64,000 nucleotides of DNA from Dehalococcoidia bacterium. GTDB taxonomy: Bacteria > Chloroflexota > Dehalococcoidia > Lucifugimonadales > GCA-002694895. Below the pieces are notes generated by a model. It was not told where the DNA came from. It searched no databases and saw only the letters and a program-made list of their open reading frames with translations. Shown piece after piece: positions 37,043 through 47,244 of this stretch (the stretch's first letter is position 1; the number at the start of each line of letters is the position of its first letter). The position numbers were made by a program, and so were the translations under genes. The stretch is from assembly GCA_045564835.1 (NCBI GenBank), contig JBJLGN010000021.1, positions 1,073 through 65,072 on the forward strand, read 5' to 3'.

Positions 37043-38239
37043 TTACGTACCTATTTTTGTAACTCTTCTATTTATTAAATTCATAAAAACAGAAATAAAT
37101 AAGCTAAGAGTTAAATAAGTAAACAAAATCAAGAAAAATACAGGTAAAGCTCTTCCAGAGTTGTTCATAATTGTCCTGGATACCATAAATAATTCAGGGT
37201 AAGCAATAACTACTGACAAACTAGAATTTTTAGTTAAGTTTAAAAATTGATTAGTCAACGGAGGAATAATTGATCGTAAGGCTTGTGGAAGAATAATAAG
37301 AGTCATAGATTGATAATTAGATAATCCTAGAGATTGAGCCGCTTCAGTTTGTCCTTTGGATAAGGATTGAATACTACCTCTAACAATTTCTGTGATAAAT
37401 GTACCTGTGTATAAAACTAACGCAAATAAAATAGCACCAAACTCAGGTGTGAATTCAAAACCTCCAGATTGTAAATACGTTCCTTTGTTGTTTTGATACA
37501 AAGAAGGAAGGTCGATTACAAATGGTTTTTGTAAAATAAAATATGTTGAAATTGAAAGTATTAAAAATACTAAAGTTCCTGTAATAGAACCATTTAAATT
37601 ATAATTTAGTATTTTAAGTTTCTTACCATCCAAATCTTCTCTTTTGTTTAAATAATAAGTGATACCAAAAGAAATAATAATTATAAATAAAAGGATAAAA
37701 ATAAAAATATTAGAATTCATGTCCTGATTAGCTTTTGTAGATGGAAGTAAAATACCTCTGTTAGAAATAACTACTGTACTACCTAAAGTTAATGCTTCTG
37801 TAATTCGTGGTAATTTTAAAAATATGATTTGCCAAAAAATAATTTGAATGAGTAATGGAGTGTTTCTAAGTATTTCTACATATAAATACGAAATAGTTGA
37901 AAACAAAACATTTTTAGATAATCTGGCAACCCCCATCACTGTTCCTAACAGTGTGGCTAAGATTATTGCAACCAAACTGACTCTTATGGTATTTATCACT
38001 CCAGTAAAATATGCCGACCATCTACTGTCATTGCTAGTGTAATCTTTTAAAAACGTATGACTAATACCAAACCCGGATCTGCTCTCAAAATGAGAAAGAG
38101 TTAGTTCTAGTTGCATTGCTTTAGATATAAAATAATTCACAAAAAAAGCAACAAGAATTAAGAATAGGAATTGGTAAAGCAAATTTCTATTTCTTTGAGA
38201 TCTGCTCAATTGAGATAGTTTGCTTATAAAAATGCTCAT
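37043..38239 (-). CDS. aapQ: Amino-acid ABC transporter permease (AapQ type)
   Basis: EAA loop QTEAAQSLGLSNYQSMTLIILPQA. Length 398 aa. Confidence 0.8.
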   Translation of the reverse strand: MSIFISKLSQLSRSQRNRNLLYQFLFLILVAFFVNYFISKAMQLELTLSHFESRSGFGISHTFLKDYTSNDSRWSAYFTGVINTIRVSLVAIILATLLGTVMGVARLSKNVLFSTISYLYVEILRNTPLLIQIIFWQIIFLKLPRITEALTLGSTVVISNRGILLPSTKANQDMNSNIFIFILLFIIIISFGITYYLNKREDLDGKKLKILNYNLNGSITGTLVFLILSISTYFILQKPFVIDLPSLYQNNKGTYLQSGGFEFTPEFGAILFALVLYTGTFITEIVRGSIQSLSKGQTEAAQSLGLSNYQSMTLIILPQALRSIIPPLTNQFLNLTKNSSLSVVIAYPELFMVSRTIMNNSGRALPVFFLILFTYLTLSLFISVFMNLINRRVTKIGT

Positions 38240-38262
38240 ATTAAAAATATACCATAATGAAT

Positions 38263-38295
38263 AAAATGTCGGGCTACAAAACAGCCCGACATTTT
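38263..38295 (-). terminator. Intra-operon hairpin (attenuating terminator) between aapJ and aapQ
   Basis: A 13-bp perfect stem, AAAATGTCGGGCT (38263-38275) with AGCCCGACATTTT (38283-38295), around a 7-nt loop. T-rich tail on the minus strand. Confidence 0.55.
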
Positions 38296-38322
38296 ATCAA
38301 ATTCAATTATTAGTTAGTAAAT

Positions 38323-39441
38323 CTACCTGAATGGAGGTGCATATATTAATCCACCGTTAGTCCACATAGCATTTAATGAACCTTCTCTTGTTAATCCAAG
38401 AGGAGTTAAATGTCTTTCGTAGATTTCACCATAGTTACCAACAGCTGCAATAGCATGTTGAATGAAAGTTGAGTCAACTCCAAATGAGAAGTCTGCAACT
38501 TTACCGTCTTTGTATGGAACACCAAGTAATCTAGCCATTCCAGGATCTTTAGGATCAGCAGCCATAGCAGCAACATTAGAACTTGTTATGCCACTTTCTT
38601 CAGCTTGAATTAATCCAAATACAACCCACTGTACAACATCGTAGAATTCGCTGTCATTATCTCTTGTCAAAGGACCTAATGGTTCTTTAGAAAGAGTTTC
38701 AGCTAAAACAACTAATGCTTCAGGTCCACCTGCTGCTGCAGGGAATTCAGCTCTTTTAGATGCTAGTCCAGATTTATCAGTAGTCCATCCGTCACATCTT
38801 TTTTCTTCAAAAGCTGCCTGTAATGGATCATTTGTTTCAAAAGTTAATGGTGTATAGTCCAATCCAGCAGATTTAAATCTGTCATCAAGATTTAATTCTG
38901 TAGTTGTACCCTGAAGTACACAAATCGTAGCTCCAGCCATATCTTCAATTGTTTTATAACCACTATCAGCATATACCATCATTCCTTGTCCATCATAGAA
39001 AGTAGTTGCAGTAAAATCATTACCTAGATCTCTGTCTCTACTTGCTGTCCAAGTTGTATTTCTGATTAATAGATCGATTTCTTCAGAACCAAGAGCTTCG
39101 AATCTTGCGGATGCTGTTAATGGAACATATTCCACTTTGCTAGCATCACCGAATATTGCAGCTGCTACAGCTTTACAATAATCAATGTCGAAACCTTCGA
39201 ATGAACCTGCAGATGTTAAAACTCCAAAACCAGTTAGGTTATCGTTAACACCACATTTAACAGTTCCTCTCTCGAGTACTTCTTCTAAAGTTGAATGATC
39301 TGCGTGATCATCGTGATCATCTTTTGCTTCTTTTGCTACTTCTACTTCTGTTGCCACTTCTTCAACTTCTTCAGAGCTACAAGCTAATACTAAAGTTAAA
39401 GACATAACAGCTAAAAGTAGAAAAAATAACTTAGATTTCAT
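38323..39441 (-). CDS. aapJ: General L-amino-acid ABC transporter substrate-binding lipoprotein
   Basis: Signal peptide with a lipobox-like LVLAC, an acidic/His linker (KDDHDDHADHS), then a type-2 PBP fold (GFDIDYCKAVAAAIFGD..). Confidence 0.85.
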   Translation of the reverse strand: MKSKLFFLLLAVMSLTLVLACSSEEVEEVATEVEVAKEAKDDHDDHADHSTLEEVLERGTVKCGVNDNLTGFGVLTSAGSFEGFDIDYCKAVAAAIFGDASKVEYVPLTASARFEALGSEEIDLLIRNTTWTASRDRDLGNDFTATTFYDGQGMMVYADSGYKTIEDMAGATICVLQGTTTELNLDDRFKSAGLDYTPLTFETNDPLQAAFEEKRCDGWTTDKSGLASKRAEFPAAAGGPEALVVLAETLSKEPLGPLTRDNDSEFYDVVQWVVFGLIQAEESGITSSNVAAMAADPKDPGMARLLGVPYKDGKVADFSFGVDSTFIQHAIAAVGNYGEIYERHLTPLGLTREGSLNAMWTNGGLIYAPPFR

Positions 39442-39499
39442 AATTATTTTCTCCTTAAGAATTTATTATTAATGTATTCTCCGTTATATTCAGTAAAAT

Positions 39500-39528
39500 A
39501 TTTTATCTTTCCTAAGGGTAAAAGTCAA
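39500..39528 (-). promoter_or_regulatory. Candidate aapJ promoter
   Basis: On the minus strand: TTGACT (39528-39523), 17 nt spacer, TAAAAT (39505-39500). AAGGAG lies 9 nt before the ATG. Confidence 0.35.
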
Positions 39529-39577
39529 ATAATTAAAAACCTATTTCTCTTTAGTGAATTCAAAAAATTAGTTACTT

Positions 39578-40378
39578 TTAATTATCTTGGTTGGCAGACT
39601 TGATAAATTTAAAAACTTCAAAATTAAAAATGTCTGGTTTTTCAAAATAAATAGAATGACCACATCCAGGAACATATACATATTTAGAATGATTTATATA
39701 AGATGATGCAAGTTTTATAATCTCAGGTGGCATTAAAGTGTCATACTCACCAACCATAAATAATACTGGCATAGTTAGAGCTTTCAGAGCATTCCCAGAC
39801 GGACCGCCTAGTAAATTTATTTTAGAAAAATCCATATCAGGACTAGTAAGCTCTGGGTTTGTTTGCCCTATTTGAATATACAGATTAGCCATTTCAGGTT
39901 TTTCTTTTTCAAATATTTCTGAGATCGCTTCTAATCTACCGCGAGTTCTAGGGTTATTTTTTTTCCATTTAATCATTTCTTCTTCTAATATGGGTTCTCC
40001 CATTCCCCCAGTAGTATCAGCAAAAGTTACACTCAAAACTCTTTCAGGATTTTCAACAGCAAATCCTAATGCTGAAACTCCACCCATGGATTGAGCAACT
40101 AAATGAGCTTTTTTGATACTTAAATTATCCATAAGAGCTTTCAAATCTTTTGGAAATTCTAATAATCCTTTGCTATCGTCATTATCATAAGAATGACCAA
40201 AGCCTCTTTGGGAGTAAACAATACATTTGTATTCTTTTTCAAAAAATGGAATTTGTTGAAACCACGACAAAAGATTCCCTCCTCTTCCATGCATGAAAAT
40301 TATTGTTTCATAATTTTCTTTGTTTGGAACAAATTCTTGATATTCAATTTTTATATCTTTCAGTTCTAGCAGTGGCAT
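39578..40378 (-). CDS. Alpha/beta-fold hydrolase
   Basis: HGRGGN oxyanion region, nucleophile elbow AQSMGG, C-terminal GCGHS. Confidence 0.8.
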   Translation of the reverse strand: MPLLELKDIKIEYQEFVPNKENYETIIFMHGRGGNLLSWFQQIPFFEKEYKCIVYSQRGFGHSYDNDDSKGLLEFPKDLKALMDNLSIKKAHLVAQSMGGVSALGFAVENPERVLSVTFADTTGGMGEPILEEEMIKWKKNNPRTRGRLEAISEIFEKEKPEMANLYIQIGQTNPELTSPDMDFSKINLLGGPSGNALKALTMPVLFMVGEYDTLMPPEIIKLASSYINHSKYVYVPGCGHSIYFEKPDIFNFEVFKFIKSANQDN

Positions 40379-40388
40379 CGCATTTCCT

Positions 40389-40655
40389 TTACAAATTTCT
40401 TTCTAATTCTTTTTCTTTACGAGATAAAACAATTAAAGGTTCTAATATTATTCTCTTAAAATCGTTATGCATATATATCCAATCATCGCCATATTTTTCG
40501 ATCATACAAGCTACAATGATACCTATCGTATCTTGCTCCCAGCTAAAATTTGACTCATGTAGAAATCTTTTTGCAAAACTATGAAATTCAATATTAACAA
40601 TATTTTCACTATTAAGAAAATTTTTTATACTATTAAATAACTCATTATCTTCCAT
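40389..40655 (-). CDS. Hypothetical protein (88 aa)
   Basis: ORF with good packing between neighbouring genes. No motif recognised. Confidence 0.4.
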   Translation of the reverse strand: MEDNELFNSIKNFLNSENIVNIEFHSFAKRFLHESNFSWEQDTIGIIVACMIEKYGDDWIYMHNDFKRIILEPLIVLSRKEKELERNL

Positions 40656-40664
40656 AGCTAATCC

Positions 40665-40916
40665 TTATATTTTTACTAATTTTAATTTTTGAACTTTAGA
40701 TAATTTTTTTATTCTGTTTTCTTCTTTCATAGCCATACTTTGTGTATCAAATGTATTTTCATACACTAATTTAAACGGGCCTCTGCCTTTTGTATATTTA
40801 GCCCCCTTACCTTTTTCATGCGTTAACATTCTTTTTTTAATATCATTGGTGATACCTGTATAAAGAGTTCCATCATTACAAAGTAAAATATATACATACC
40901 AATTTTCATTTTCCAT
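40665..40916 (-). CDS. GIY-YIG nuclease-domain protein (UPF0213-like)
   Basis: WYVYILLCNDGTLYTGITNDIKKRMLTHEKGKGAKYTKGR carries the GIY-YIG motifs. Confidence 0.8.
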   Translation of the reverse strand: MENENWYVYILLCNDGTLYTGITNDIKKRMLTHEKGKGAKYTKGRGPFKLVYENTFDTQSMAMKEENRIKKLSKVQKLKLVKI

Positions 40917-40951
40917 CTTTCACTATTATAAACATAATAATTCCAATTTTC

Positions 40952-41944
40952 TTAATCATATAATTTTTCTAATACATCGGGATTTAATACTCTGACTGGA
41001 TTGTAATTTAAAAAAGCAATAACATTATCAATTATGCCTTCATAATATGCCTGATAAGCTTCTTGTGTAACATATCCAATATGAGGAGTTAAAAGAGTAT
41101 TGGGAGTCTGCAATAAAGGATGATTAGATATTAGCGGTTCTTCGTCAAAAGTATCTATAGCTGCTCCTGCTATTTTGTAATAATTAAGCGCATCTACCAA
41201 TGCTTTTTCATTGATTATTGGTCCTCTTGAGGTGTTTATAATATAAGAACTTCTTTTCATTAAACTTATTTCTTCTTTCCCGATTAAATTTTTTGTTCTA
41301 CTACTAAGTTTTGTGTGAATTGATAATATGTCAGAATCTTTAAAAAGTGTTTGCTTATCTACGCAATTAACACCGTATTTATTTGTAGATAAATCATCCA
41401 AATTTTCACTCCAGGCAATAACTTGCATTCCTAAAGCCAATCCTACTTTTGAAACTAATTTACCTATATGACCAAATCCTAATAATCCTAGTGTTTTTCC
41501 ATTTAAACTCGGTCCTATATGCGTTCCCCACTGTCCTTCTCTCAAAAGTTTGTCTTCTACGTGTATTTTTCTTACTAAACTAATAATTAACCCCCAAGTT
41601 AAATCAACAGGGCCTTCACCTGAGCCTGGGGTTCCAGAAACTACAATATTATTTTTCGTAGCTGCATCCAAATCATAAGATGCATTTTTAAGTCCTGTTG
41701 TTATAAGAAATTTCAGGTTTGGGAGTTGATTAATAACATCTTTAGGAAATTTGGTTCGTTCGCGAATTCCAACAACGATATTAGCATCATAAAGATTATT
41801 GATTAATTCATCATTATTTTTAAAATGTTTTTTATATACAACCAAATTAATATCATCTGGTAATCTTTTGTCATTTGCCAAATCGTGAAAATAATTATGG
41901 TAATCATCAAGAACTACCATATTTATATGATTATTAATTTTCAT
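40952..41944 (-). CDS. D-isomer-specific 2-hydroxyacid dehydrogenase
   Basis: GLLGFGHIGKLV NAD motif, and a catalytic-region R..E..H layout (TSRGPIINE...TPHIGY). Confidence 0.85.
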   Translation of the reverse strand: MKINNHINMVVLDDYHNYFHDLANDKRLPDDINLVVYKKHFKNNDELINNLYDANIVVGIRERTKFPKDVINQLPNLKFLITTGLKNASYDLDAATKNNIVVSGTPGSGEGPVDLTWGLIISLVRKIHVEDKLLREGQWGTHIGPSLNGKTLGLLGFGHIGKLVSKVGLALGMQVIAWSENLDDLSTNKYGVNCVDKQTLFKDSDILSIHTKLSSRTKNLIGKEEISLMKRSSYIINTSRGPIINEKALVDALNYYKIAGAAIDTFDEEPLISNHPLLQTPNTLLTPHIGYVTQEAYQAYYEGIIDNVIAFLNYNPVRVLNPDVLEKLYD

Positions 41945-41977
41945 AAATAAATGTAGGGTTAAAAATAATTAAATATT

Positions 41978-43387
41978 TCAATGAGAAATTCCAGATATTG
42001 GAGGGATGGGAGGATTAGCATGAATAAAATTACCGATGCCAGGATTTTGTTCTAATTTACCTTCGTTTAATAAAATATTACCTCTCAGTAATGTCATCCA
42101 TGGTTTACCTTTTACTTCCCAATTCTCATATGGAGTATATCCTGTTGTGCTTTGATGATTTTTTGCATTAATTGTTGAAGTTGATTTAGGATCAATAATT
42201 AATAAATCTGCATCTGAACCTGGTTGTATAATTCCTTTTTGTGGATAAAGTCCAAAAATTCTAGCTGGATTTTCAGAAAGCATTCTCGACATCCACCAAA
42301 TTGGAAATTCTCTTTTTATTACACCCTCAGAAAACATTAATGGAACCAATGTTTCTATCGATGGCGCACCAAATGGAATTGGATCACCGTTTGGTGCTCT
42401 GAAAATATTTTCCCATCCTAATTCTTTTTTTTCTGAAGGCGCAGGAGAATGATCACTGCCAATGGTAGATAAGTATCCATTCTTCAAACCATTCCACAAT
42501 GCAGTTTGATTTAATCCGTCAGAAGGTCTTAAGGGAGGTCCGATTTTTGCAAATGGTCCAATTTTTTCCAAAGCTGTTTCGTCTAGCAATAAATATTGAG
42601 GACAGGTTTCTCCCCAGACTTGTTGCCCTGTTAATTGTGCACTAATAATTCTATTTAAACCAACTTTTGTAGTGAGATGAACAATGTACAAAGGGCAATC
42701 AGTCATTTTAGCTAGCAAAATACCTCTGTTTATTGCTTCTTCTTCTGCCCAAGGGGGACAAGTGTCAGGAAAATCTGAAGGTTTGGTATTTCCTTCAGAT
42801 ATAGATTTATTCATCAAATGCTCTATAACATCTCCATTTTCAGCATGCAATTGGACTATACCGCCGTTTTTACCTACAATTTCCATAACATTTGCTATAA
42901 ATGAATCTGAGACTCTATGATCATAAGTCATAAACATTTTATAAGAAGATACCCCCATTTGAATTGCTTCTTTGAGGCTATCAATAATATAAGGGGTATT
43001 ACTTAAAATATAATGGAATGAATAATCAACTAAAGATTCTCTTCCAGCTTCTTCTTTCCATCTTTTAATTGCTTGAGGAAGAGTTTCTTTTATTTTTGGA
43101 TTGTATTCCCCAAATGGAATAATTGTTGTTAATCCTGCTAACGCTGCCGCTTTTGATCCAATTCCCCAGTCATCTCCCGGTTTTTCTCTTATATGAACAT
43201 GGCAGTCTATAAGTCCTGGTAAAACATATTTACCTGTTGCGTCAATATAATTATTAGCTTTTGGCATTGTGGATTTATTTCCAACAGCAACTATCTTTTC
43301 TCCCTTAATCGCAATACTTGATTCAAATGCATTTGATGAGAATGCAACAATTCCACCATCTATAACTGTATCAACAATTTCAGGCAT
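41978..43387 (-). CDS. Dihydropyrimidinase / D-hydantoinase-type cyclic amidohydrolase
   Basis: GLIDCHVHI metal motif and a later GSDHSP. Length 469 aa. Confidence 0.8.
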   Translation of the reverse strand: MPEIVDTVIDGGIVAFSSNAFESSIAIKGEKIVAVGNKSTMPKANNYIDATGKYVLPGLIDCHVHIREKPGDDWGIGSKAAALAGLTTIIPFGEYNPKIKETLPQAIKRWKEEAGRESLVDYSFHYILSNTPYIIDSLKEAIQMGVSSYKMFMTYDHRVSDSFIANVMEIVGKNGGIVQLHAENGDVIEHLMNKSISEGNTKPSDFPDTCPPWAEEEAINRGILLAKMTDCPLYIVHLTTKVGLNRIISAQLTGQQVWGETCPQYLLLDETALEKIGPFAKIGPPLRPSDGLNQTALWNGLKNGYLSTIGSDHSPAPSEKKELGWENIFRAPNGDPIPFGAPSIETLVPLMFSEGVIKREFPIWWMSRMLSENPARIFGLYPQKGIIQPGSDADLLIIDPKSTSTINAKNHQSTTGYTPYENWEVKGKPWMTLLRGNILLNEGKLEQNPGIGNFIHANPPIPPISGISH

Positions 43388-43389
43388 AA

Positions 43390-43986
43390 TTATTTCCCCT
43401 TTTGCACATTTCGTAAAGATAGTTCATTCCAAATTTCTTCTATATCAATATCTGATTTTTCTAACAAAACTAGCATATGAAAAAGCAGGTCTGAAAATTC
43501 GTATATAACTTCTTTTTTATCATCGCCTAAGCTGGCAATACTTAATTCTCCAGCTTCTTCTACTATTTTTTGTGCGATTTTTGGCATACCTTCTTTTAGT
43601 AAGCTTGAAGTATAACTTTCATTACTAAACGTTGCATTTCTTTCATTAATGATTTTTATTAATGAGTATAAAAAATTCTGATTACTATCAAAATCATCAA
43701 AACAACTATAAGTTCCGTTGTGACATGTAGGCCCCTCCGGACTTGCAGAAATTAATATCGAGTCTTTATCACAATCATAAACTAATTGTTTTAATTGTAA
43801 ATAATTACCCGATGATTCTCCTTTTTCCCATAATTTATTTCTGCTTCTGCTGTAAAACCAAACATGTTTGGTTTTCAAGGTTAAATCTATTGATTCTTGA
43901 TTCATATATCCAAGCATCAATACATTTAAAGTTTTATGATCTTGAACTATTGCAGGTATTAATTCTTTTTGTCTTTTATCAATCAT
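43390..43986 (-). CDS. hisI: Bifunctional phosphoribosyl-AMP cyclohydrolase / phosphoribosyl-ATP pyrophosphatase
   Basis: LIPAIVQD...WFYSRSRNKLWEKGESSGN (HisI part) and EEAGEL..E.SDLLFHMLVLL (HisE part). Confidence 0.9.
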   Translation of the reverse strand: MIDKRQKELIPAIVQDHKTLNVLMLGYMNQESIDLTLKTKHVWFYSRSRNKLWEKGESSGNYLQLKQLVYDCDKDSILISASPEGPTCHNGTYSCFDDFDSNQNFLYSLIKIINERNATFSNESYTSSLLKEGMPKIAQKIVEEAGELSIASLGDDKKEVIYEFSDLLFHMLVLLEKSDIDIEEIWNELSLRNVQKGK

Positions 43987-44737
43987 CCCTAATTTTTATA
44001 CCTTTAGAATTTAAATATTGCTTTATATTTTTAATTGTATATTCTTCAAAATGAAATATACTTGCTGCTAAAACAGCGTCTGCATTGCCTTCTGCTAAAG
44101 CTTTAAACATATGTTCGGGAGATCCTGCTCCGCCACTTGCTATAATTGGTATGTTTACATTATTTGATATTTCTTGCAAAAGATCTATATCATATCCTGA
44201 TGTTTTCCCATCTTGATCAATGCTTGTAACCAAGAGTTCACCTGCTCCTAGTTTTTCTAAGGTTTTAGCCCAATCCAAAGCATCTAAACCTGTTGAGTTA
44301 CGTCCGCCGTGGCTAAATATTTCCCATGAATTGCCATTTTTTTTAGCATCAATTGCACCTACTATAGCTTGAGATCCAAAATAATTTGAAGCTTCACTTA
44401 TAAAATTTCTGTTTAAAATTCCTGAAGTATTTATAGAAACTTTGTCAGCACCAGAATTTAGTAATTTTTTAATATCATCTATAACTTTAATCCCACCACC
44501 TACTGTTAATGGAATAAAAACATTTTTTGAAACTTGTTCAACAATACTTAGTATTGTTTCTCTATTCTCAATGCTGGCAGTAATATCTAAAAACACAATC
44601 TCGTCGGCACCAGAGTCGTAATATTTTTTTGCTAAATCAACTGGATCTCCTGCATCGACAAGATTAATAAAGCTTTTTCCTTTTACTACTTTTCCCTTAT
44701 CTACATCTAAGCAAGGTATGATTCGTTTTGTTAACAT
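43979..44737 (-). CDS. hisF: Imidazole glycerol phosphate synthase cyclase subunit
   Basis: MLTKRIIPCLDVDKGKVVKG... and PLTVGGGI motifs. Confidence 0.95.
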   Translation of the reverse strand: MLTKRIIPCLDVDKGKVVKGKSFINLVDAGDPVDLAKKYYDSGADEIVFLDITASIENRETILSIVEQVSKNVFIPLTVGGGIKVIDDIKKLLNSGADKVSINTSGILNRNFISEASNYFGSQAIVGAIDAKKNGNSWEIFSHGGRNSTGLDALDWAKTLEKLGAGELLVTSIDQDGKTSGYDIDLLQEISNNVNIPIIASGGAGSPEHMFKALAEGNADAVLAASIFHFEEYTIKNIKQYLNSKGIKIRDD

Positions 44738-44754
44738 ATCAATTCTCTATCAAG

Positions 44755-45471
44755 TCAGTTATATTTATTAATAATAGTTGGGTTTAAATAATTTTCGTAA
44801 AATGCTTTACCAATAATAACACCATTAACACCTAATTCATTCAATGAATCAACATCTGATTCAGAAGAAACACCCCCTGCAACAGTCAAATTTATTTGAA
44901 ATTCTTGCATTATTTTACTTATAAATTTTGTAGACACTCCTTCAAATGTTCCATCTTTGTCTATATCTGTATATATAAAATTAGTTACACCCTCTTTAAT
45001 CATATTTGAAATAAATTCTTCAGGAGATAATTTCATTTCTTTTTCCCATCCTTCTGATTTAACTTTTCCATTGGAAGAATCTACAGATACAGTAATATGG
45101 TTTGATCCATATTCCTGTATCGATTTATTAACAAAATTATTTTCATTTTTGATAGCAGCACTTCCGAGAATAATTTTTTCTACACCAAGAGAAAAATAAT
45201 ACTTGATTGTATCTAAGTTTCTAATTCCTCCGCCAATTTGTATTTTAAGGTTAGTTTTTTCAACCATTTCCGTAATAAGTTCTTTTGAAATCGGCGTACC
45301 ATTCCTTGCACCCTCGAGGTCGATTATATGAATCCATTTTGCTCCGTTAGATTTCCATTGTTGAATTACTTTTACAGGGTTGTCAGAATAAACAGTGAGC
45401 TTGTCATATTCTCCTTTGTAAAGCCTGACACATTTGTTTTCATATATATCTATTGCAGGGATTATATTCAT
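44755..45471 (-). CDS. hisA: ProFAR isomerase
   Basis: IIPAIDI...VRL.KGEY and IQIGGGIR motifs. Confidence 0.9.
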   Translation of the reverse strand: MNIIPAIDIYENKCVRLYKGEYDKLTVYSDNPVKVIQQWKSNGAKWIHIIDLEGARNGTPISKELITEMVEKTNLKIQIGGGIRNLDTIKYYFSLGVEKIILGSAAIKNENNFVNKSIQEYGSNHITVSVDSSNGKVKSEGWEKEMKLSPEEFISNMIKEGVTNFIYTDIDKDGTFEGVSTKFISKIMQEFQINLTVAGGVSSESDVDSLNELGVNGVIIGKAFYENYLNPTIINKYN

Positions 45472-45479
45472 TTACTTAC

Positions 45480-46085
45480 CTATATAAATTTATTAATAAA
45501 ATTATCAAAAATTTGCAACCCTAAGTTCCCACTTTTTTCCGGATGAAATTGAACTCCCACATAATTATCTAATCCATATGCAGAACAAAAATCATTCCCA
45601 TAATTAGTGCTACCAATTATATTTTCAGATTCCAAAGGCTTTACATAATAGCTATGAAGAAAATAAAAGTATGAATCATCAGGAATTCCTTCAAAAATTT
45701 TATGAGATTTACCAAATTTAACCGAGTTCCAACCTATATGAGGAACTTTTACTGAATTGGTTATTTTAGGAACCGTTCCCTTTAATAAATTTAATCCTTT
45801 AATATTACCTTCTTCTGATGATTCAAACATTAATTGTAATCCAAGACAAATACCTAAAAATGGTACTCCATCGTTGATGAGGTTGATAAGAGTTTTAGTT
45901 ATATCAAATTGTGAAAGTTTATCTATTGCAGAAGGAAAAGATCCTTGTCCTGGGAAAATCACTGCATTAGCATTAATTAATTCACTAGCTTTATTTGTGG
46001 TAACTGGTTCACATCCAACTTTCTTTAACGCATTTCTAATGCTTTCTAAATTACCTGAATCATAATCCACTATATGAATTTTCAA
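45480..46085 (-). CDS. hisH: Imidazole glycerol phosphate synthase glutamine amidotransferase subunit
   Basis: GICLGLQ nucleophile motif and VQFHPEKS. Confidence 0.9.
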   Translation of the reverse strand: MKIHIVDYDSGNLESIRNALKKVGCEPVTTNKASELINANAVIFPGQGSFPSAIDKLSQFDITKTLINLINDGVPFLGICLGLQLMFESSEEGNIKGLNLLKGTVPKITNSVKVPHIGWNSVKFGKSHKIFEGIPDDSYFYFLHSYYVKPLESENIIGSTNYGNDFCSAYGLDNYVGVQFHPEKSGNLGLQIFDNFINKFI

Positions 46086-46206
46086 ATATACCTCGGTATT
46101 TAATTGTAATAATAAATAAATAAAGAAATATTATAAGAAACATTGACTATTATTATCCATAATGAGAAACTATCTCTTCTTAATAAATCTTATAAATTAT
46201 AGAATT

Positions 46207-47172
46207 ATGTTAACAATAGCTCTACCATCGAGTGGACCTTTATACCAATCAACAATAGAATTTTTTAATAATGCAGGAATTACTATAAAAAAATCAAGCT
46301 TGCGATCATATACAGGTACTACCAGCTTCGATGACACTGTAAAAATGATTTTCCAAAGACAAACAGACATTCCTACTTCAATAAACAATGAAATTGCCGA
46401 CATAGGTGTGATGGGCCTTGATAGATATTTAGAAAATAACAATTTTCCAGACACCAAAATTGTCATCGAAAAAATGGGATATGGTCAATGCGATCTTGTA
46501 GTAGCAATTCCACAAAAATGGGGAGAAATTAATAATATAAAAGAATTGGTTAATTATTCGATTAAGAAAAAATTGAAAATTGCCACAAAATATCCAATTC
46601 AGACTGCAAAATATCTTAATGAAAATAATTTAGAATCATATGAAATAGTAACAACTAGTGGGTCAGTTGAAGTAGCGCCTGAAATGGGGATAGCAGATAT
46701 GATTGTTGACATAAGTTCTACTGGAAACACTATAAGAGCAAACAATCTAAAAATATTAGATGACGGATATATATTGTTCTCAGAAGCCACAATGATTGCA
46801 AATCTGTCTTCGATAAACAAATCAATCGAAAAGTTTGAATCCGCTAAAAAAATCTTGAGATTTATACTTGGCTATCTTAATTCCAAAAAATTTAACACTA
46901 TAATTTTTAACATAAATTCTAAAGATGAAAGTACATTAGTAAATAATCTTAACAAGTATAATTCTTTAAAAGGTGTCATAGGTCCAACAATAGCAAAAGT
47001 GTTCTCAAACGATCAAAAAAACTGGTACGCAGTCACTATCATTGTTTCTAATGAAAATTTAAATGCAGCTATTAATGACTTAGATGAATTAGTTGCTGAG
47101 GGAGTTACTGTGATAGAAAACAAATTAGTATTTAACAAAACATTAAATGTAGATAAATTACTAAAAAAATAA
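46207..47172 (+). CDS. hisG: ATP phosphoribosyltransferase, long form with C-terminal regulatory domain
   Basis: MLTIALPSSGPLYQSTIEFF... and DISSTGNTIRANNL. The track start at 46162 adds 15 implausible residues, so ATG 46207 is preferred. Confidence 0.85.
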   Translation: MLTIALPSSGPLYQSTIEFFNNAGITIKKSSLRSYTGTTSFDDTVKMIFQRQTDIPTSINNEIADIGVMGLDRYLENNNFPDTKIVIEKMGYGQCDLVVAIPQKWGEINNIKELVNYSIKKKLKIATKYPIQTAKYLNENNLESYEIVTTSGSVEVAPEMGIADMIVDISSTGNTIRANNLKILDDGYILFSEATMIANLSSINKSIEKFESAKKILRFILGYLNSKKFNTIIFNINSKDESTLVNNLNKYNSLKGVIGPTIAKVFSNDQKNWYAVTIIVSNENLNAAINDLDELVAEGVTVIENKLVFNKTLNVDKLLKK

Positions 47173-47244
47173 TTTAAACCCGTATTATATTTATATATAT
47201 TAAAGTTATAATAATGTCCTTATAAAAGATCTTCCGAATTTAAA

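Noticed and set aside
46086-46206. Histidine attenuator leader peptide or T-box between the divergent hisH and hisG genes
   Set aside because: There is no run of His codons in a short ORF on either strand, and no conserved T-box or terminator-antiterminator structure is visible in this 120-bp AT-rich spacer.
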